Source: Malacoraja senta (lineage: Eukaryota). Taken from it: 64,000 nucleotides of DNA. The position numbers and the translations under genes were made by a program. Of this stretch, positions 35,918 through 49,174 are shown in pieces. Every line of letters begins with the position of its first letter. The stretch's first letter is position 1. The stretch spans positions 6,078,001 through 6,142,000 of the forward strand of contig CM075993.1 in NCBI GenBank assembly GCA_038087875.1, read 5' to 3'. The notes below the pieces were generated by a model. That model worked only from the letters and a program-made list of their open reading frames with translations, was not told the DNA's origin and made no database searches.

Positions 35918-37312
35918 TGAACTTTTCTCGTTATATAGGTGGCATTTCGGATCGATACCCCTCTCCGGAAGAAGGGTCGCGACCTGAAACGTCATCCATT
36001 GATTCTGAAGAAGGGTCTCAACCTGAGACGTCACCTATTCCTTCTCTACAGAGATGCTGCAGCATGATGTGTCTCTCGTCTGTAAACCAGCATCTGCAGT
36101 TCCTTCCTACACATAAGAGTGAGAACTCTTATGGTGTGAACTCTTTTATCTTGCTGCATTAAGGGCTGCCTTGTTGATGTGCTGGCCGTCAGACCCTCTC
36201 TTAAGGTCTGAAGGAGAGTCTTGATCCAAAACGTCGCCAATCCACATTTTTCATAGATGCTGCCTGAGCTGCTGAGTAACTCCAGCACTTTGTGTCCTTT
36301 TGTCTGGAATGATGTTTGCTGGTTGTAATCATGTGATATTTACATCGACTGGCAGTACAGCCTTGGCTGATTATCCGGTTTACCGAGTGTAACTGTGCAT
36401 TTACTGTATATTTGTTTGTTTGTTGCGTTTAATGTGCCTGTTAATCTGCAGCAAGTGAGAATTTCATTGTTCTGGATCTTGTGCATGTGCCAATTAAACA
36501 CCCTTGAATCTTGACTTGAGTCTAATCGAACACCAAAAATGAATACTTACTATTTGAGTATACTCCAGAGAGGAACTTGGGACAAACAAAAAAGAATTGA
36601 TTGGACTAAAGGGCTCCAAGTGTACAATTATATTTGCTAAACAGACTGCTGGATAAAACTTCTGCTGTCTGACGTACAAATGAACCTACATTTTTAAAAC
36701 TGGCTAGGTCTAACTGAGTCCTAATGGAATTTCAGATATATTTGTCGTTACTGGGGGTTGCAGTATTAAGCCAATTGTGCTGTTTCACCCATGGTTGAAG
36801 ATGCTGTTGTCAGTTACTGGGTGCTGTCTAGCCCGCTGTACAGGTTTTCCTCAAGACTTTGTGCATTTCTATAGCGCCTTTTACAACTCATATGGTTCCC
36901 AGCACTTTACAATTTAAATATAAGATCACACTGCTGCAGTTCCACGTCCTGACTGACAGATGGCGCAATGTCTCAGTCATACGAAGACGTAGGGAACTGC
37001 AGATGCTGGAATCTTGAGCAAAACACAAAGTGCTGGAGGAACTCAGTGGGTCAAGCAGCAACTGTTAATAGTCCTTAATTTGTCACATATGCAACTGCAC
37101 ATTTAAATTATTTTTGCATATATTACACATACAGGCACCGCCATTTTTGGTACCATTATTCATAGTCCGGTCGATGTGCAGGAGCAGTTCCCACAAACCG
37201 ATGTCCCTCTCCAATCCTCGCCCAGCCATCTTTGTGTCCCAGGGGCGCCTCCTGTATCCTACCTGAGACATTACCCCCGGTTCACCCTACTACTGGTCCT
37301 TGATCCTGGTAC

Positions 37313-37941
37313 AGGATGAGCAGACAGTGAAGAATGGCATGTTTGCCTTTATAGCAAGAGAATTTGAGTATAGGAGCAAAGAGGTCCTTCTGCAGTTGTA
37401 CTGGCCCTGGTGAGACCACACCTGGAGTATTGTGTGCAGTTTTGGTCTCCTAATTTGAGGAAGGACATTCTTGCTGTTGAGGGAGTGCGGCGTAGGTTCA
37501 CCAGGATGCGGGACTGACATATGATGAAAGAATGGATCGACTGGGCTTCACTGGAATTTAGAGGGAATCTTAGAGAAACATATAAAATTCTTAAGGGATT
37601 GGACAGGCTTGATGCAGGACAAATGTTCCCGATGTTGGGGGAGTCCAGAACCAGGGGTCACAGTTTAAGAATAAGGGGTAGGCCATTTAGGACTGAGATA
37701 AGGAAAAACTTCTTCACCCAGAGAGTTGTGAATCTGTGAATTCTCTGCCACAGAAGGCAATGGAGGCCAATTCACTGAATGTTTTCAAGAGAGATTTAGC
37801 TGTTAGGGCTAACGGAATCAAGGGATATGGGGAGAAAGCAGGAACGGGGTACTTATTTTAGATTTATCAGCCATGATCATGTTGAATGGTGTTTGCTGGC
37901 TCAAAGGGCCGAATGGCCTACTGCACCTATTTTCTATGTTT
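37313..37941 (+). mobile_element. CR1/HER1-type LINE 3' fragment
   Basis: [15 protein letters not shown]...[13 protein letters not shown]. Confidence 0.85.
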
Positions 37942-38942
37942 CCCTTGAGGAGATTTTGCAGTGGAGCAGTCAATATGTAGAAGCAAGGAACTGCAGAAAC
38001 TCGTTTACAAAAGGATTTGGAATAACTCAGTGGGTCAGGCAGCATCTCTGGTGAACATGGAAATGTGACTTTTACTGTCTATTTATTTATTTGTTTATTT
38101 TATGTACTGAACTTGTTCTTGTTTATTATGGGTTTTAATGAGTACTATATGTTTAAATATCTGTCGTGCTGTTGCAAGTAAGAATTTTATTGTTTTGTTT
38201 TGTTTTGGGACATATGACAATAAAACACTTTTGGACTTGAAGTTTCAGGTTGGGACTTTTCTTTAGACTTACATAGAGCCTGTACCTCACTGTACCTTTG
38301 CATAATGACAATAATCTCGACTAAAGATAGACCCAAAATGCTGGAATAACTCAGCGGGTCAGGCAACATATCTGGCGAGAAGGAATTGGTGACGTTTCGG
38401 TCGAGACCCTTCCTCAGTCTCCAGTTCTGCCTCTGCTCTCTCCCAGCTTTCTTCCCCCCCCACTACAATCAGGCCGAAGAAGGGTCCAGACCCGAAACAT
38501 CACCCATTCCTTCTCTCCAGGCCGGTCCCACTGAGTTACTCCAGCATTTTGTGTCTATCTTTGTGTTTATAGAATGCCTGTAGTAAATGCCTACTATGTT
38601 CTGTTGTGCTCAAGCAAAGCAAGAATTTCATTGTCCTACCAGGGACACATGACAATAAACTCAATGACTTGACTTGACTTGACTTGACTATCTTCGGTGT
38701 AAACCAGCGTCTGCAGATCCTTCCTGCACATAAACTGGATTTTAACTTGATTATTACTTGATTCACCATAGAAACGTATCTACAAATGCTCTGCAAGGTT
38801 GAATACAGTTGCGTGTTGGATGGCTGCCATGCGGACGATGGCCGAAGAGCCTGCGTCCGATCCTGGGCAGCTGCAGTTGCGGCGGAGGCCAGCAGAGGGC
38901 ACCGCGGAGCCACTGTCTGCAGCGACGCCGCCGGGCTTCCGG

Positions 38943-39142
38943 NNNNNNNNNNNNNNNNNNNNNNNNNNNNNNNNNNNNNNNNNNNNNNNNNNNNNNNNNN
39001 NNNNNNNNNNNNNNNNNNNNNNNNNNNNNNNNNNNNNNNNNNNNNNNNNNNNNNNNNNNNNNNNNNNNNNNNNNNNNNNNNNNNNNNNNNNNNNNNNNNN
39101 NNNNNNNNNNNNNNNNNNNNNNNNNNNNNNNNNNNNNNNNNN
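38943..39142. other. Assembly gap (200 N)
   Basis: Run of N. Confidence 1.
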
Positions 39143-40109
39143 AATGCTGGAGTAACTCTGGGACAGGCAGCATCTCTGGAGAGAAGGAATGGGTGACGTT
39201 TCGGGTCGAGACCCTTCTTCAGACAGAGTCAGGGGAGGAGCAGTCGAGAGATATGGAGGGGTTAAGTGTGAAAACAACAGATCAAAGCCGACCATGATAA
39301 GGAAATGTAAAACGGTTCATTGTCGAATGGAACTGCAGATGCTGGTTTACAGGAAAAGTCACAGAGTGCTGGAGTAACTCAGACTGAATAATACGAAGAT
39401 ATTCTACAGAAGGTTCAATCCCAAGGTTCCTGCAATAGCTGGGCCATGGTTAGAGAGCTGGGAAATGGGAGAAATCTGCAGATCCATTGTGTGCCAGCAT
39501 GGGACAGATAGGCCGAATGGCCTTACTGTGGCTGTAAATTTCCACTCCTTCCGTCAAAGTCACGAGACGGTTGATCCTGTGGCGTTGCGGGCTGCGATGC
39601 AGGAACTGGGTCACGGGTGAAGCGGATTCTGTCCGGGAATCGTGGCTGATTTCCCCTCTGGACCCTGAGGGACAGAAGCTCGGCTGAGAACGGCCGGTGC
39701 CAGAGTCGGGTTACTGTCTCAGGAGGACCTGGCAGTGGAAACATTCCCATTATGTTGCATTCTATGTAACAAGATGCCAAACTATCATTGATCAGATTAA
39801 TAATACAGGAGGATGTGTGTAGCGGAATCTTACCCCGACTCCAACCCACAGCCTCCAGATTATGTTCTCATATCAACCGTCAGGATTTCAGGTGTGCATT
39901 GCTCTGTCTGTCTAAGGGGGTGTTGTGGGTGTGTCTTTGCCAATCTATCAGTGTTGTATGTGTATCTTTGGAGGGGGAGTGCCTATATGTTCTGGTGTGT
40001 GCATGCGTGTCTGTGTTTGGAAGGGTGTGTGTGCGTGTTGGTCTTTCTGTCTAAGGGGGGGGGGGGTGGGTGTAGGTGTAACTACCTGTGAGTTTTGGGT
40101 GTATTTGGA

Positions 40110-40830
40110 GGGGGGTGTCTGTGCAGAGGTGTGTGTGCGGAGGTGTTTGTGTATGTGTTTGGAGGGAAATGTGTGTGTGTTTTTCGACAGAAGTGTGTGT
40201 GGAGGTATGTGTGTGTCTGGAGGTGTGTGTCTGTATCTACCTGTGTGTATGTGGAGGTGTGTGTGTGTGTGTGAATGTGTATGTAGGTGTGTGTCTATCT
40301 GTGTATGTGTGCATGTGCGTGTGTGTGTGTGGAGGTGTGTGTCTATCTATCTGTGTGCGTGCGTGTGTGGGTGGATGTGTGTGTCTGTGTCTATCTGTGT
40401 GCGTGTGTGGAGGTGTGTGTCTATCTGTATGTGTGTGTGTGGAGGTGTGTGTCTATCTGTGTGTGTGCATGTGCGTGTGTGTGTGGAGGTGTGTGTCTAT
40501 CTGTGTGTGTGCATGTGCGTGTGTGTGTGGAGGTGTGTGTCTATCTGTATGTGTGTGTGGAGGTGTGTGTCTATCTATGTGTGTGTGTGGAGGTGTGTGT
40601 CTATCTATCTGTGTGTGTGTGTGTGTGGAGGTGTGTGTCTATCTGTGTGTGTGTGCGTGTGTGGAGGTGTGTGTCTATCTGTGTGTGTGTGCGTGTGTGG
40701 AGGTGTGTGTCTATCTATCTGTGTGTGTGTGCGTGTGTGGAGGTGTGTGTCTGTATCTATCTGTGTGTGCGTGTGTGGAGGTGTGTGTCTGTATCTATCT
40801 GTGTGTGTGCGTGTGTGTGTGGAGGTGTCT
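40110..40830. repeat. GT-rich minisatellite (GGAGGTGTGTGTCTATCTGTGTGT.. units)
   Basis: Seen directly. Confidence 0.95.
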
Positions 40831-41769
40831 CCGTCTATGGCACATGTTGGAGATGAGCAAACCATGACCTTTTTATCCAAGACTTCTTAATGTTAAATAT
40901 GCCCATACAGAGGACGTGTGCACCGTGTGTGTGGCCTCATCCGTGTGAACCATGTGTGTGCAACCTCACCCGTGTGCATGCAGCCTTGTGCGTGTGCACC
41001 GCGTGAACTGGGGGGGGGGGATCAGGTACAGGGACTACGTACTGGACCAGCCGTGACTCCGAGTGAGGAGACAACTGGTGTATGTGTCCTCCCTGCTGTC
41101 CCTGCATCGTGGGATTCACTGAGTGTCTTTGCCTTGTCTCAGGTGTAACTGGGACCTCCTCTCTCAGCTCTTCACCCGAGTTCTCAGTTCTAGACGCACC
41201 CTGTGTGCGCTCTTACATGGGTTTCCCAGTCCCCAGAGGCGTCCCGCTAATTCCTTGTAGCGCAGGAGGCTGAGGGGTGATCTTGTAGAGGTGTATAAAA
41301 CCATGAGGCGAATAGAAAGAGCAAATACACAGGGTCTTTGTCCCAGGGGAGGGGCATCAAGAATAGAGGACACGGATTTAATGTGAAAGGGGAAAGACTT
41401 AATAGTAAACATGAGGGGCAACTTTTTCACTCAGAGGGTGGTGGGTGTGTGGAACGAGCTGCCAGAGGAGGTAGGTCAGGCAGGTACAGTAACATCATTG
41501 GACAGGTGCATGGATAGGACAGGTTTAGGCCAAAGACGGGCAGGTGGGAGCAGCGTAGATGGGGTATCTTGGTTAGCATGGGCAAGTTGGGCCGAAGGGA
41601 CTGTTTGCGTGCTGTACGACCCTCTGACTCTAAGGATCTTGTTTGTTCATTCACACCGAGCTGTTTGTTTTCCGTCCAGCTCCTGGATCCAGTTGGCGAG
41701 GTGTGAGTACCCGGTCGGTCCCCGCTCCCTGGAGGTCCGGTTGTTGCTGGACGGGTTGGTCGGGGGGAG

Positions 41770-41820
41770 ATGGGGGCTTCAGCAAGTCACCTCTCCAAGG
41801 AGCAGCTCTCTGAGTATCAG
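41770..41820 (+). CDS. CIB1: CIB1 coding exon 1 ([17 protein letters not shown])
   Basis: CAG|GTAAGG donor; an upstream acceptor at 41678-41679 implies a further 5' UTR exon. Confidence 0.93.
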
Positions 41821-44800
41821 GTAAGGACGTGGCATTCAGCTCCCGAGAACCTACTGACTCAGGCGGAACTTTTGTTTAGTTAAGAGATGCAGCGTGGAAA
41901 CAGGCCCTTCGGCCCACTCATTCCATGCTGACCGACAGTTCTGCTGCACCGTCTCTCGCTGCTTCCCCTCTGTGATTCGTCTGCTTTGATCAGTCCTTTT
42001 CACACCTTACATTCTCTTTGTACCCTTCCATATCTCCCTCTCCCCTGACTGGGGGATCAATGAATTAAGGTCCAACCTTACTGTTCTAGTGCTCTGAGCT
42101 CTGAGCTCTGAGCTCTCCTGAGCTTTTACTAACCCGAATAAAAGTTACTCCAGCCTTTTGTGTCTGTTTAAACCCTACACACGCAGCATCCATCTTTTGG
42201 TCAATGGTTGGGTGACTTGCCAGAGTGCACTGTGAAACCTGCCTTTGTTTCAGTCACAATGCTGCAACAGTCTAATGTTTGTTCTTTTGTTTCAGGAGCT
42301 GACATTTCTAACAAAGCAAGATATTCTGCAGTAAGTTGGGATTTTTGTTTTTGAAGCAGGGTGGGGTTTGACACTGCAGCAGTTGCTAAGGGACTGTGCT
42401 GCGGTGTATATGGTACAGGACGGTGACCACTCCACCCACAGCATCAGTGATCTAACCTCTCAGCCATGAGGACAAAGGTAGACACAAAATGCTGGAGTAA
42501 CTCAGCGGGACGGGCAGCATCTCTGGAGAGAAGGAATGGGTGACGTTTCGGGTCGAGACCCTTCTCCAGACTGAGTGAGGGTGTCAACAATGCACTGCGC
42601 TACTCTCATGGCATGCAGGCTAAAAATCACCCTGTTTAGATTAAGGTGAGGGGGAAAAGATTTAATAGGAATCTGAGGGGTAACGGAGATTCGGAGGCTT
42701 CAGCCGCAGGTCTGGTGGACGGTAACATCGGGAGCCCGCGGGGTCCATGGTGGGAGACCGCTTTTCGGGGCTCCCGCAACGGCAACTACTCCCGCCCGAG
42801 TTGCAGGGTTGAAGATGACCTGGAGCGGGGTCTGGCATCGCCCGGTGCGGCATTGGTGGCCGTGAGACTTGCTGGCGCTACTGGGGGCTACAACATCAAG
42901 CCCAGGAGCGTGGCCTTGCATCGCCCGGCGCGGCTTTGGTGGCCGCGGGATATGTTTACAGTCGCCCGCCGGGGGCTTTGACTCTGACATCGGGAGGAGA
43001 ATGGAGTGCAGGGGAGAGATAAGACTTTGCCTTCCATCACAGTGAGGAGGAGACTCACTGTGATGGATGTTTGTGTAAATTGTGTTGTGTCTTTTTTAAT
43101 TGTGTGTATGACTGCAGAAACAGAATTTCGTTTGAACTTAGGTTCAAACGACAACAAATAAATATCTAAATCTAAATCTAAATCTTCACACAAAGGTTGG
43201 TGGATGTATGGAACAAGCTGCCAGTGGAGGTAGTTGAGGCAGGGACTATCTCAACATTTAAGAAACAGTTGGACAGGTGCATGGATAGGACAGGTTTGGA
43301 GGGATATGGGCCAAACGCAGGCAGGTGGGACTCGTGTAGCTGGGACATGTTGGCCGGTGTGGGCACGTTGGGCCTGTTTCCACACTGTATTACTCTGACT
43401 CTAGTTTATTGTCACGTGTACCGAGATACAGTGAAAAGCCTTTTTGTTGCATGCTAACCAGTCGGTGGAGAAACTATACAAGATTACATTGGACACATCC
43501 AGTGTACAGGATGAAGGGAATAATATTTAGTGCAAGATTAGGTCTGATCAAAGTTAGGTAGATAGATCGAGGTAGATAGTAATTCAGGACCACTCTCTAG
43601 TTGGTTATAAGATGGTACAGTTGCCTGATAACTGCTGCTTATTGACCAACGCAGAGACACTATGCCTTCACAGTGAGAGACATGTCCTATGTCAAGTTTA
43701 TTGTCATAAGCACAAGTGATGTGGTCGTGCAGTGAAGATCCTGCCTGCATTTTGCCTGCGGCAACAGCATCGCAAGTACATCGACTCAACACCCACAAAA
43801 GATAAATCATATGTAAATTAGGCATAAATCGTATGTAGATTGGGCATAAATTACCCGCAAAATGTTGCTAGACAGCAAAAGGGGAAAAAAGATTGTTATT
43901 GTGCAAAACGACACAATTATTTTTTATGTTTGTGGATGATCAGCCATGATCACATTGAATGGCTCGAGGGGCTAAATGGCCTACTCCTGCCCCTATTGTC
44001 GGTTTTGAAGGACACGACAGTGAATATGGGAGGTGTGGAGCTGCAGCATTAATGTGTTGAGAGGGGAGGGAGGGGGAATTCTGTTCAAGTCAATGACAGG
44101 ATATTTAAGCTGTTCATTGGATGTGGAGGAACTACATGTCCTGTGTAAAAATGTACCTCATTAATTAGTGAATTTGAAATCAACAACTAAAAATATGCCT
44201 TGCTTTGTACGACGTTCCGAACAGATTTAAAATATTAATATCCATCAATTCCTTTTATCCAAAGTGCTTATCGACTCTTCAAACAGCTGCTGTCCGACGA
44301 TCTGACCGACTTCCAACACACGAGAGTTCCAAAGAGTACTATCTGTGAGCTGCCGGAGTTAAAGGTATGGGATTGCTTGGGTGGAGGTGGCGGGTTGCAG
44401 CCACGGTTCAAGGTCAGGCTGAGAGTTGTTCTTGTTCAGTTACTTTGTGAACGTTGTGGTGCGGCAAGGTGGCGCAGCGGTAGAGTTGCTGCTTTACAGC
44501 GCCAGAGACCCGAGTTCGATCCTGACTAAGGGCGCTTGCCTGCATGGAGTTTGTACGCTCTCCCTGTTACCCCATGGATTTTCTCCAAAGCCTTACGGGT
44601 TTGTAGGTTAATCGTTGTAAAATTGTCCCGTGTGTGTGTGGGGGATACTGCTAGTGTATGGGAGTGATTGAGTGACTCGGTGGGCCGAAGGGCCTGTTTC
44701 CGCGCTGTTTCTCTAAAGTAGCAGTGTTATGAAAGGCTTGTAGGTTAATAGGCTTGGTATAAATGTAAATTGTCCCTAATGTGGGTAGGATAGTGTTAGT

Positions 44801-47800
44801 GTGTGGGGATCACCAGTCGCGCGGACTCGTTTAGATTGACATCCGTGCTGCCCAGTGGGCACCCGCCATATTCATCCCATCTTGGTCCATAGACTTCTAT
44901 GTCTAGACAGTTCAAACGCTCGACCTGACATTCTAATTATGGTCTGTACGGTAAGGAGGAACAAAAAAAGGTTTTAAGTCGTAGATACAGGGAACTGTAG
45001 ATGCTGGTTTATAAAAGAAAGACACTGAGTGCTGGAGTAACTCAGTGGGTCAGGCAACATCTCTGAAGAACATAGATAGGTGACGTTTCGTGTCGGAGGC
45101 CCTTCTTCAGACCTGATTTGTTTCTAAATAATGTTCTCTGATTCTAGGCCAACCCTTTCCGAGAGAGAATCTGCCTTGTGTTTTCGACAGCGTTTGACAG
45201 GGATGGCAGCTTGTGCTTTGAGGACTTCTTGGACATGCTCAGTGCGTTTAGTGAATCGGCAACCCCCGAGATCAAGTCGCACTACGCGTTTCGGATCTTT
45301 GGTGAGTTTGATCTCCTCCTGGCTCCCCGTGCAATCGATACCAGTATTCAATGAAACGGTTCTTGCAGCTTAGGCAGATGTGTGTTATTGTGTGTCTCTG
45401 GGGCACTGCGAACAGACCTTGCTGCCCCACCAGCCTGTGGTTCAGCCTTGCTCCTACCCCAAAAAAGAACATGTGAAACTCCTTAAGGGCCTGTCCCACT
45501 TTCACGACCTAATTCACGACCTCTGCCGAGTTTGCCCTTGACTCATACTCGCAGCAAGGTCGTCACGGGGTCGTAGCAGGCCGTGATGCTAGTCGTAGGT
45601 ACTCGTGGCATCAAGTAGGTCGGAGCGTTTTTCTAGCCTGATGAAAAATGTCCACGAGTAAAAAAGGTCGCGAATTAGGTCGTGAAAGTGGGACAGGCCC
45701 TTTACTCTTGTACTTAGAGACCAGTGGGATGCCTGAAGTAGTTGACCTCAACTGGAAAAGCAATGAGGAGGTGATCATTGAGTGTAACACTGTGTTACTA
45801 ACATGTAGCAGTAGTATATATTTTATTTCAAACATGTAAAACAAAAAAAGTTAAAAAGAAAGCAAAATACAATAAAATGAAGTGAACAATAAACCTAGAC
45901 ACCTCATTGAATCACTTCTCATAAACATCACAAATTAAATCTTACATGTTCGAAAAGTAGGAGGAAGTATAGACTTATTTATTCCTATCCCCTTTTCTGC
46001 TATTCATTAATTAATTCACAAACTTTATCTCATCCACACATTATATATATATATATAGATATACGCAAACATATACACACGCACGCAAATATACATATAT
46101 ACAGTTTATAAACAATTATCCAAATTCTATGTACAACATGAATATCACACTGTGTCAATAAACTAAAACTTCACCATCATCACAGCCCTTCCTCTTTCTT
46201 ATACCTCTGGACAGATAAGGGTACTTTGGCAGCATTCCTGTTTTCACCTGCTTGCTGGTGTTCGTTGTAAGATATGATCTCCAAGGGCCTGTTTCCACGC
46301 TGTATGACCCAATGACTAAGTCCTGGCAGCATCCTGAGTAACTCATAGAAAATCGGTGCAGGAGTAGGCTATTCGGCCCTTCATTCAATACGATCATGGC
46401 TGATCATCCAGAATCAGTACCCAGTTCCTGCTTTCTCCTCATATCCCTGGATTCCGTTAGCCCTAACAGCTATACCTAAACGGGTTTAGATGTATCCAAC
46501 TCTCTCTTGAAACCATCCAGTGAATTGGCCTCCACTGCGTTCTGTGGCAGAGAATTCCACAGATTCACAACTCTCTGGGTGAAAAAAAGCTTTTCCTCAT
46601 CTCAGTCCTAAATGGCCTACCCCTTATTCTTATTTAAGTTTCAAGATAAAAGTGTACAGGGTTGGAGGTAATATCGTAAGATGGATAGGGGAGAAGATAA
46701 GCGATAGAAAATGACACATGCAAATGTGTAATTTAGACTGGCATTAATGAATGAGTCCCAGGGATGGGAACGATTTATTATAATAGTGGCTTAGATCAAG
46801 GTGTCTGCACTGTGATGGTGGCTGATGAATGATACAAGGGTAAGTGGGTTAGCAGGTGGTGCTGCTGACACAGAGAGACTGCAATGGGATGTGGAGAGGT
46901 GGCAGATGGAGTCAAATGTCAGATTTTCACTTTGGAAGGAAGAACAATAAAGCAACTGATTTAAATGGGATGAGTGTGTCGGGGTGGGAGATTGCAGCCT
47001 TCACGTGGTCCGCCCTATTTCGACGAATGCAATCAACCTGGCGTACACAATCAAATAAGATCAAATAGAACAAGTTGTCCTACAACTTTAGGCTGTGCAC
47101 GCCATACGCAAGAAGAAGAAGTGAGGCGATCTTTGTGCATGGAACTCGGGGAGTTTTGTATACAATCACAGCACACTGCAGGAAGGAGAAGCAATACTGC
47201 TAACTTTTATTTATTGTAAGGGATATGTGGTATAAAAGCAGGGATGCTTTGATGGAATCTTCTCGGAGACAGACGGACTAATGTGCACTGTTGTGGTCAT
47301 ATTTCAGGACGGATATTGGGAAATTCACTGAGGTGATGAGGTTGTTGTATGAAGATATATTGAGCAGGTTGAGCCGGACTAGGTGTGTAGGAGAGTGAGG
47401 AGACCTTACTGTAACACCAGGGGCATGTCACAGTAGATGGTGATTCACTGATGATTCGAGTGATGTTTGTTTAGTTTCAGGGCTGGCCCATTTATGATGG
47501 AGATGTGGAGAAATGTCTTCTCCTTTCCCCTCCCACCCCCCCCCCCCCAGGGAACTGTGGAGGCAGAGTCACCAGGGTGGAGAAAACACGGTGAACTATG
47601 AGGGAGGGGGTGGGGAGGCTGTGATCTCTTTGGGCGCGTGGCTTCATGTTCCTAGTGTGCAGTAATTATCTGCACTGTTCTAAAGCGTTTCTGCTTCACG
47701 GTGACAGATTTTGATGACGACGGGACGTTGGACAGAGAGGATCTGAAGAAGCTGGTGAACTGCCTGACAGGAGAGATGGCCGACACCCAGCTGACCGAGG

Positions 47801-48882
47801 CGGAGATGAACCAGCTGATTAACAACGTACGGCCCACTGGGGAGTTCAGCCTCGCCATCGCGCTGCCCACAACTTATCTGTCACTAGTCTTGTTGCAATG
47901 CCCCTATCACATGCACGCCTTCATTTCCCATTGTGGGTGTAGGGCTGAAGATGTCCTGGTCGGGTTGCTCCTGGGCCTGGCCAAGCTGGCCATCAGCGAG
48001 CGAGTCATGGCGCCAGGCGGAAGAGGGCTCTGCCCGAGCCGGCTGCCTGCCCCGTTTCCAGGGTTACATCCGCGCCCGGGTGGTACTAGAGAGGGACTAC
48101 GCGCTGTCCATGGGCGCTCTGGGGGATTTCCGGGACCGCTGGGCACGGAATGCATCCTCAATAAGGATGGTGATACTGTTGTTTAAGAGCGTATTTGATG
48201 TAAGAATATTTCTTTAGATAATTGGGTGATTTTGCATTGTATATATTAGAATTATAAAAAAAAGACTCGACCATTGTAAGCTGAGGCCTGTGCCTGAACG
48301 TAGCCTGCACGCGTGGTGTTCAGCCCCATCCCTGTGCTCCCACACTTTCAGTATCTCTTCAGGCGCGTGGCATTTCTAGATCTCTGAGCTTTGGTTGAGG
48401 CCTGGGGTACAGGTTGTGTCCAGGGAATTGAAGGTGTTGTGAAGGTGTGTGTGTGTGTACTTGACTTTTGTGTTACATTTTTCCCCAAGATACTGGAAGA
48501 ATCTGACATTGACAAAGATGGGACGGTCAACCTCTCTGAATTCCAGCACGTCATCTCCAGATCCGCAGACTTTGTGAGGTGAGAAACGAGCCCCCTTCAC
48601 TCACCAGGAGGGGGAAGAGGGGATTGTCCTTCCCCTTCTCTCATTCTTCCCTTCCTCCCCCCCTCTCCCCTTCCAACTCTCCCCTTCCTCCCCTTCCACC
48701 CCCCCTCTCCCCTTCCACCCCCCCTCTCCCACTCTCCCCTTCCACCCTCTCCCCTTCCACCCCCCCCTCTCCCCTTCCACCCCCCCCCCCGCCCGCTCTC
48801 CCCTTTCTTCACCCCCCTCTTTCTCCCCCTCCCCTAACCGGCTGTTTGTTTACCTTGCAGCTCATTCAAGATGGTCCTCTGA
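41770..48882 (+). CDS. CIB1: Calcium and integrin-binding protein 1, 7 coding exons, 189 aa
   Basis: join(41770-41820,42296-42330,44265-44364,45148-45301,47708-47826,48490-48578,48861-48882) = 570 nt. MGASAS myristoylation motif, [24 protein letters not shown]-hands [13 protein letters not shown] and [14 protein letters not shown]-terminus SSFKMVL. AATAAA at 48998. Confidence 0.96.
42296..42330 (+). CDS. CIB1: CIB1 exon 2
   Basis: 35 nt, [17 protein letters not shown] donor. Confidence 0.93.
44265..44364 (+). CDS. CIB1: CIB1 exon 3
   Basis: 100 nt, ends ICELPELK. Confidence 0.9.
45148..45301 (+). CDS. CIB1: CIB1 exon 4
   Basis: 154 nt, ANPFRERIC...HYAFRIF. Confidence 0.95.
45486..45701. 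mobile_element. PIF/Harbinger-type MITE
   Basis: 37-bp TIR AGGGCCTGTCCCACTTTCACGACCTAATTC.. with 1 mismatch; TTA TSD. Confidence 0.85.
46981..47121 (+). mobile_element. Ribozyme-headed short retroposon, copy C (CIB1 intron 4, sense strand)
   Basis: Ribozyme at 46981-47034 with J4/2 CGAA and P1.1 G>A; GAA tail; TSD not clear. Confidence 0.78.
47708..47826 (+). CDS. CIB1: CIB1 exon 5 (EF-hand)
   Basis: 119 nt, [13 protein letters not shown]. Confidence 0.95.
47930..48263 (+). mobile_element. Tx1-clade LINE 3' fragment in CIB1 intron 5
   Basis: [15 protein letters not shown] / [19 protein letters not shown]-rich tail. Confidence 0.7.
48490..48578 (+). CDS. CIB1: CIB1 exon 6 (EF-hand)
   Basis: 89 nt, [18 protein letters not shown]. 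Confidence 0.95.
48625..48836. repeat. C-rich tandem tract (CCCTCTCCCCTTCCA) in CIB1 intron 6
   Basis: Seen directly; G-quadruplex-prone on the - strand. Confidence 0.85.
48861..48882 (+). CDS. CIB1: CIB1 last coding exon
   Basis: ttgcag acceptor, SFKMVL then stop. Confidence 0.92.
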
Positions 48883-49174
48883 TGTGTCCACAGGCACCCG
48901 GTAACACAAGATCCCCTCAGCGTTCTCCTGCGAGCATTTCATGGCTTTTCTGCATTTTTTTTACCCCCACTTGCAATCCTTGATGTTTTCACAGTGCAAT
49001 AAAGGTCTTCGCATTCTCACCACCCACACTTTGCTGGCAAGAACAGTACTTTCAGCGCGCTGTTTTGGCGGGAGCCTCATTTTAAAAGGTTTTGAACCCG
49101 GAAGCAAACCTTCAGTCACTAGAATCCGTGGGGCTGATTTTCCACTTGATTTTAAACACACAGGTCACAATATT

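Noticed and set aside
35526..36162. ORFs rich in Y/I/C/V/H/T
   Set aside because: TA/TG microsatellite
38762..38942. GC-rich stretch beside the gap with a minus-strand donor-like site; possible NGRN or other first exon
   Set aside because: No recognisable protein in any frame and truncated by the gap, so it cannot be supported
39925..40890. 321-aa and overlapping Cys/Val-rich ORFs
   Set aside because: Translation of a GT minisatellite, open in several frames
47975..47995. Shared GGCCAAGCTGGCCAT between CIB1 intron 5 and 49299-49313 in the last RCCD1 exon
   Set aside because: Short coincidental match between a Tx1 fragment and the antisense of the GQLGH codons
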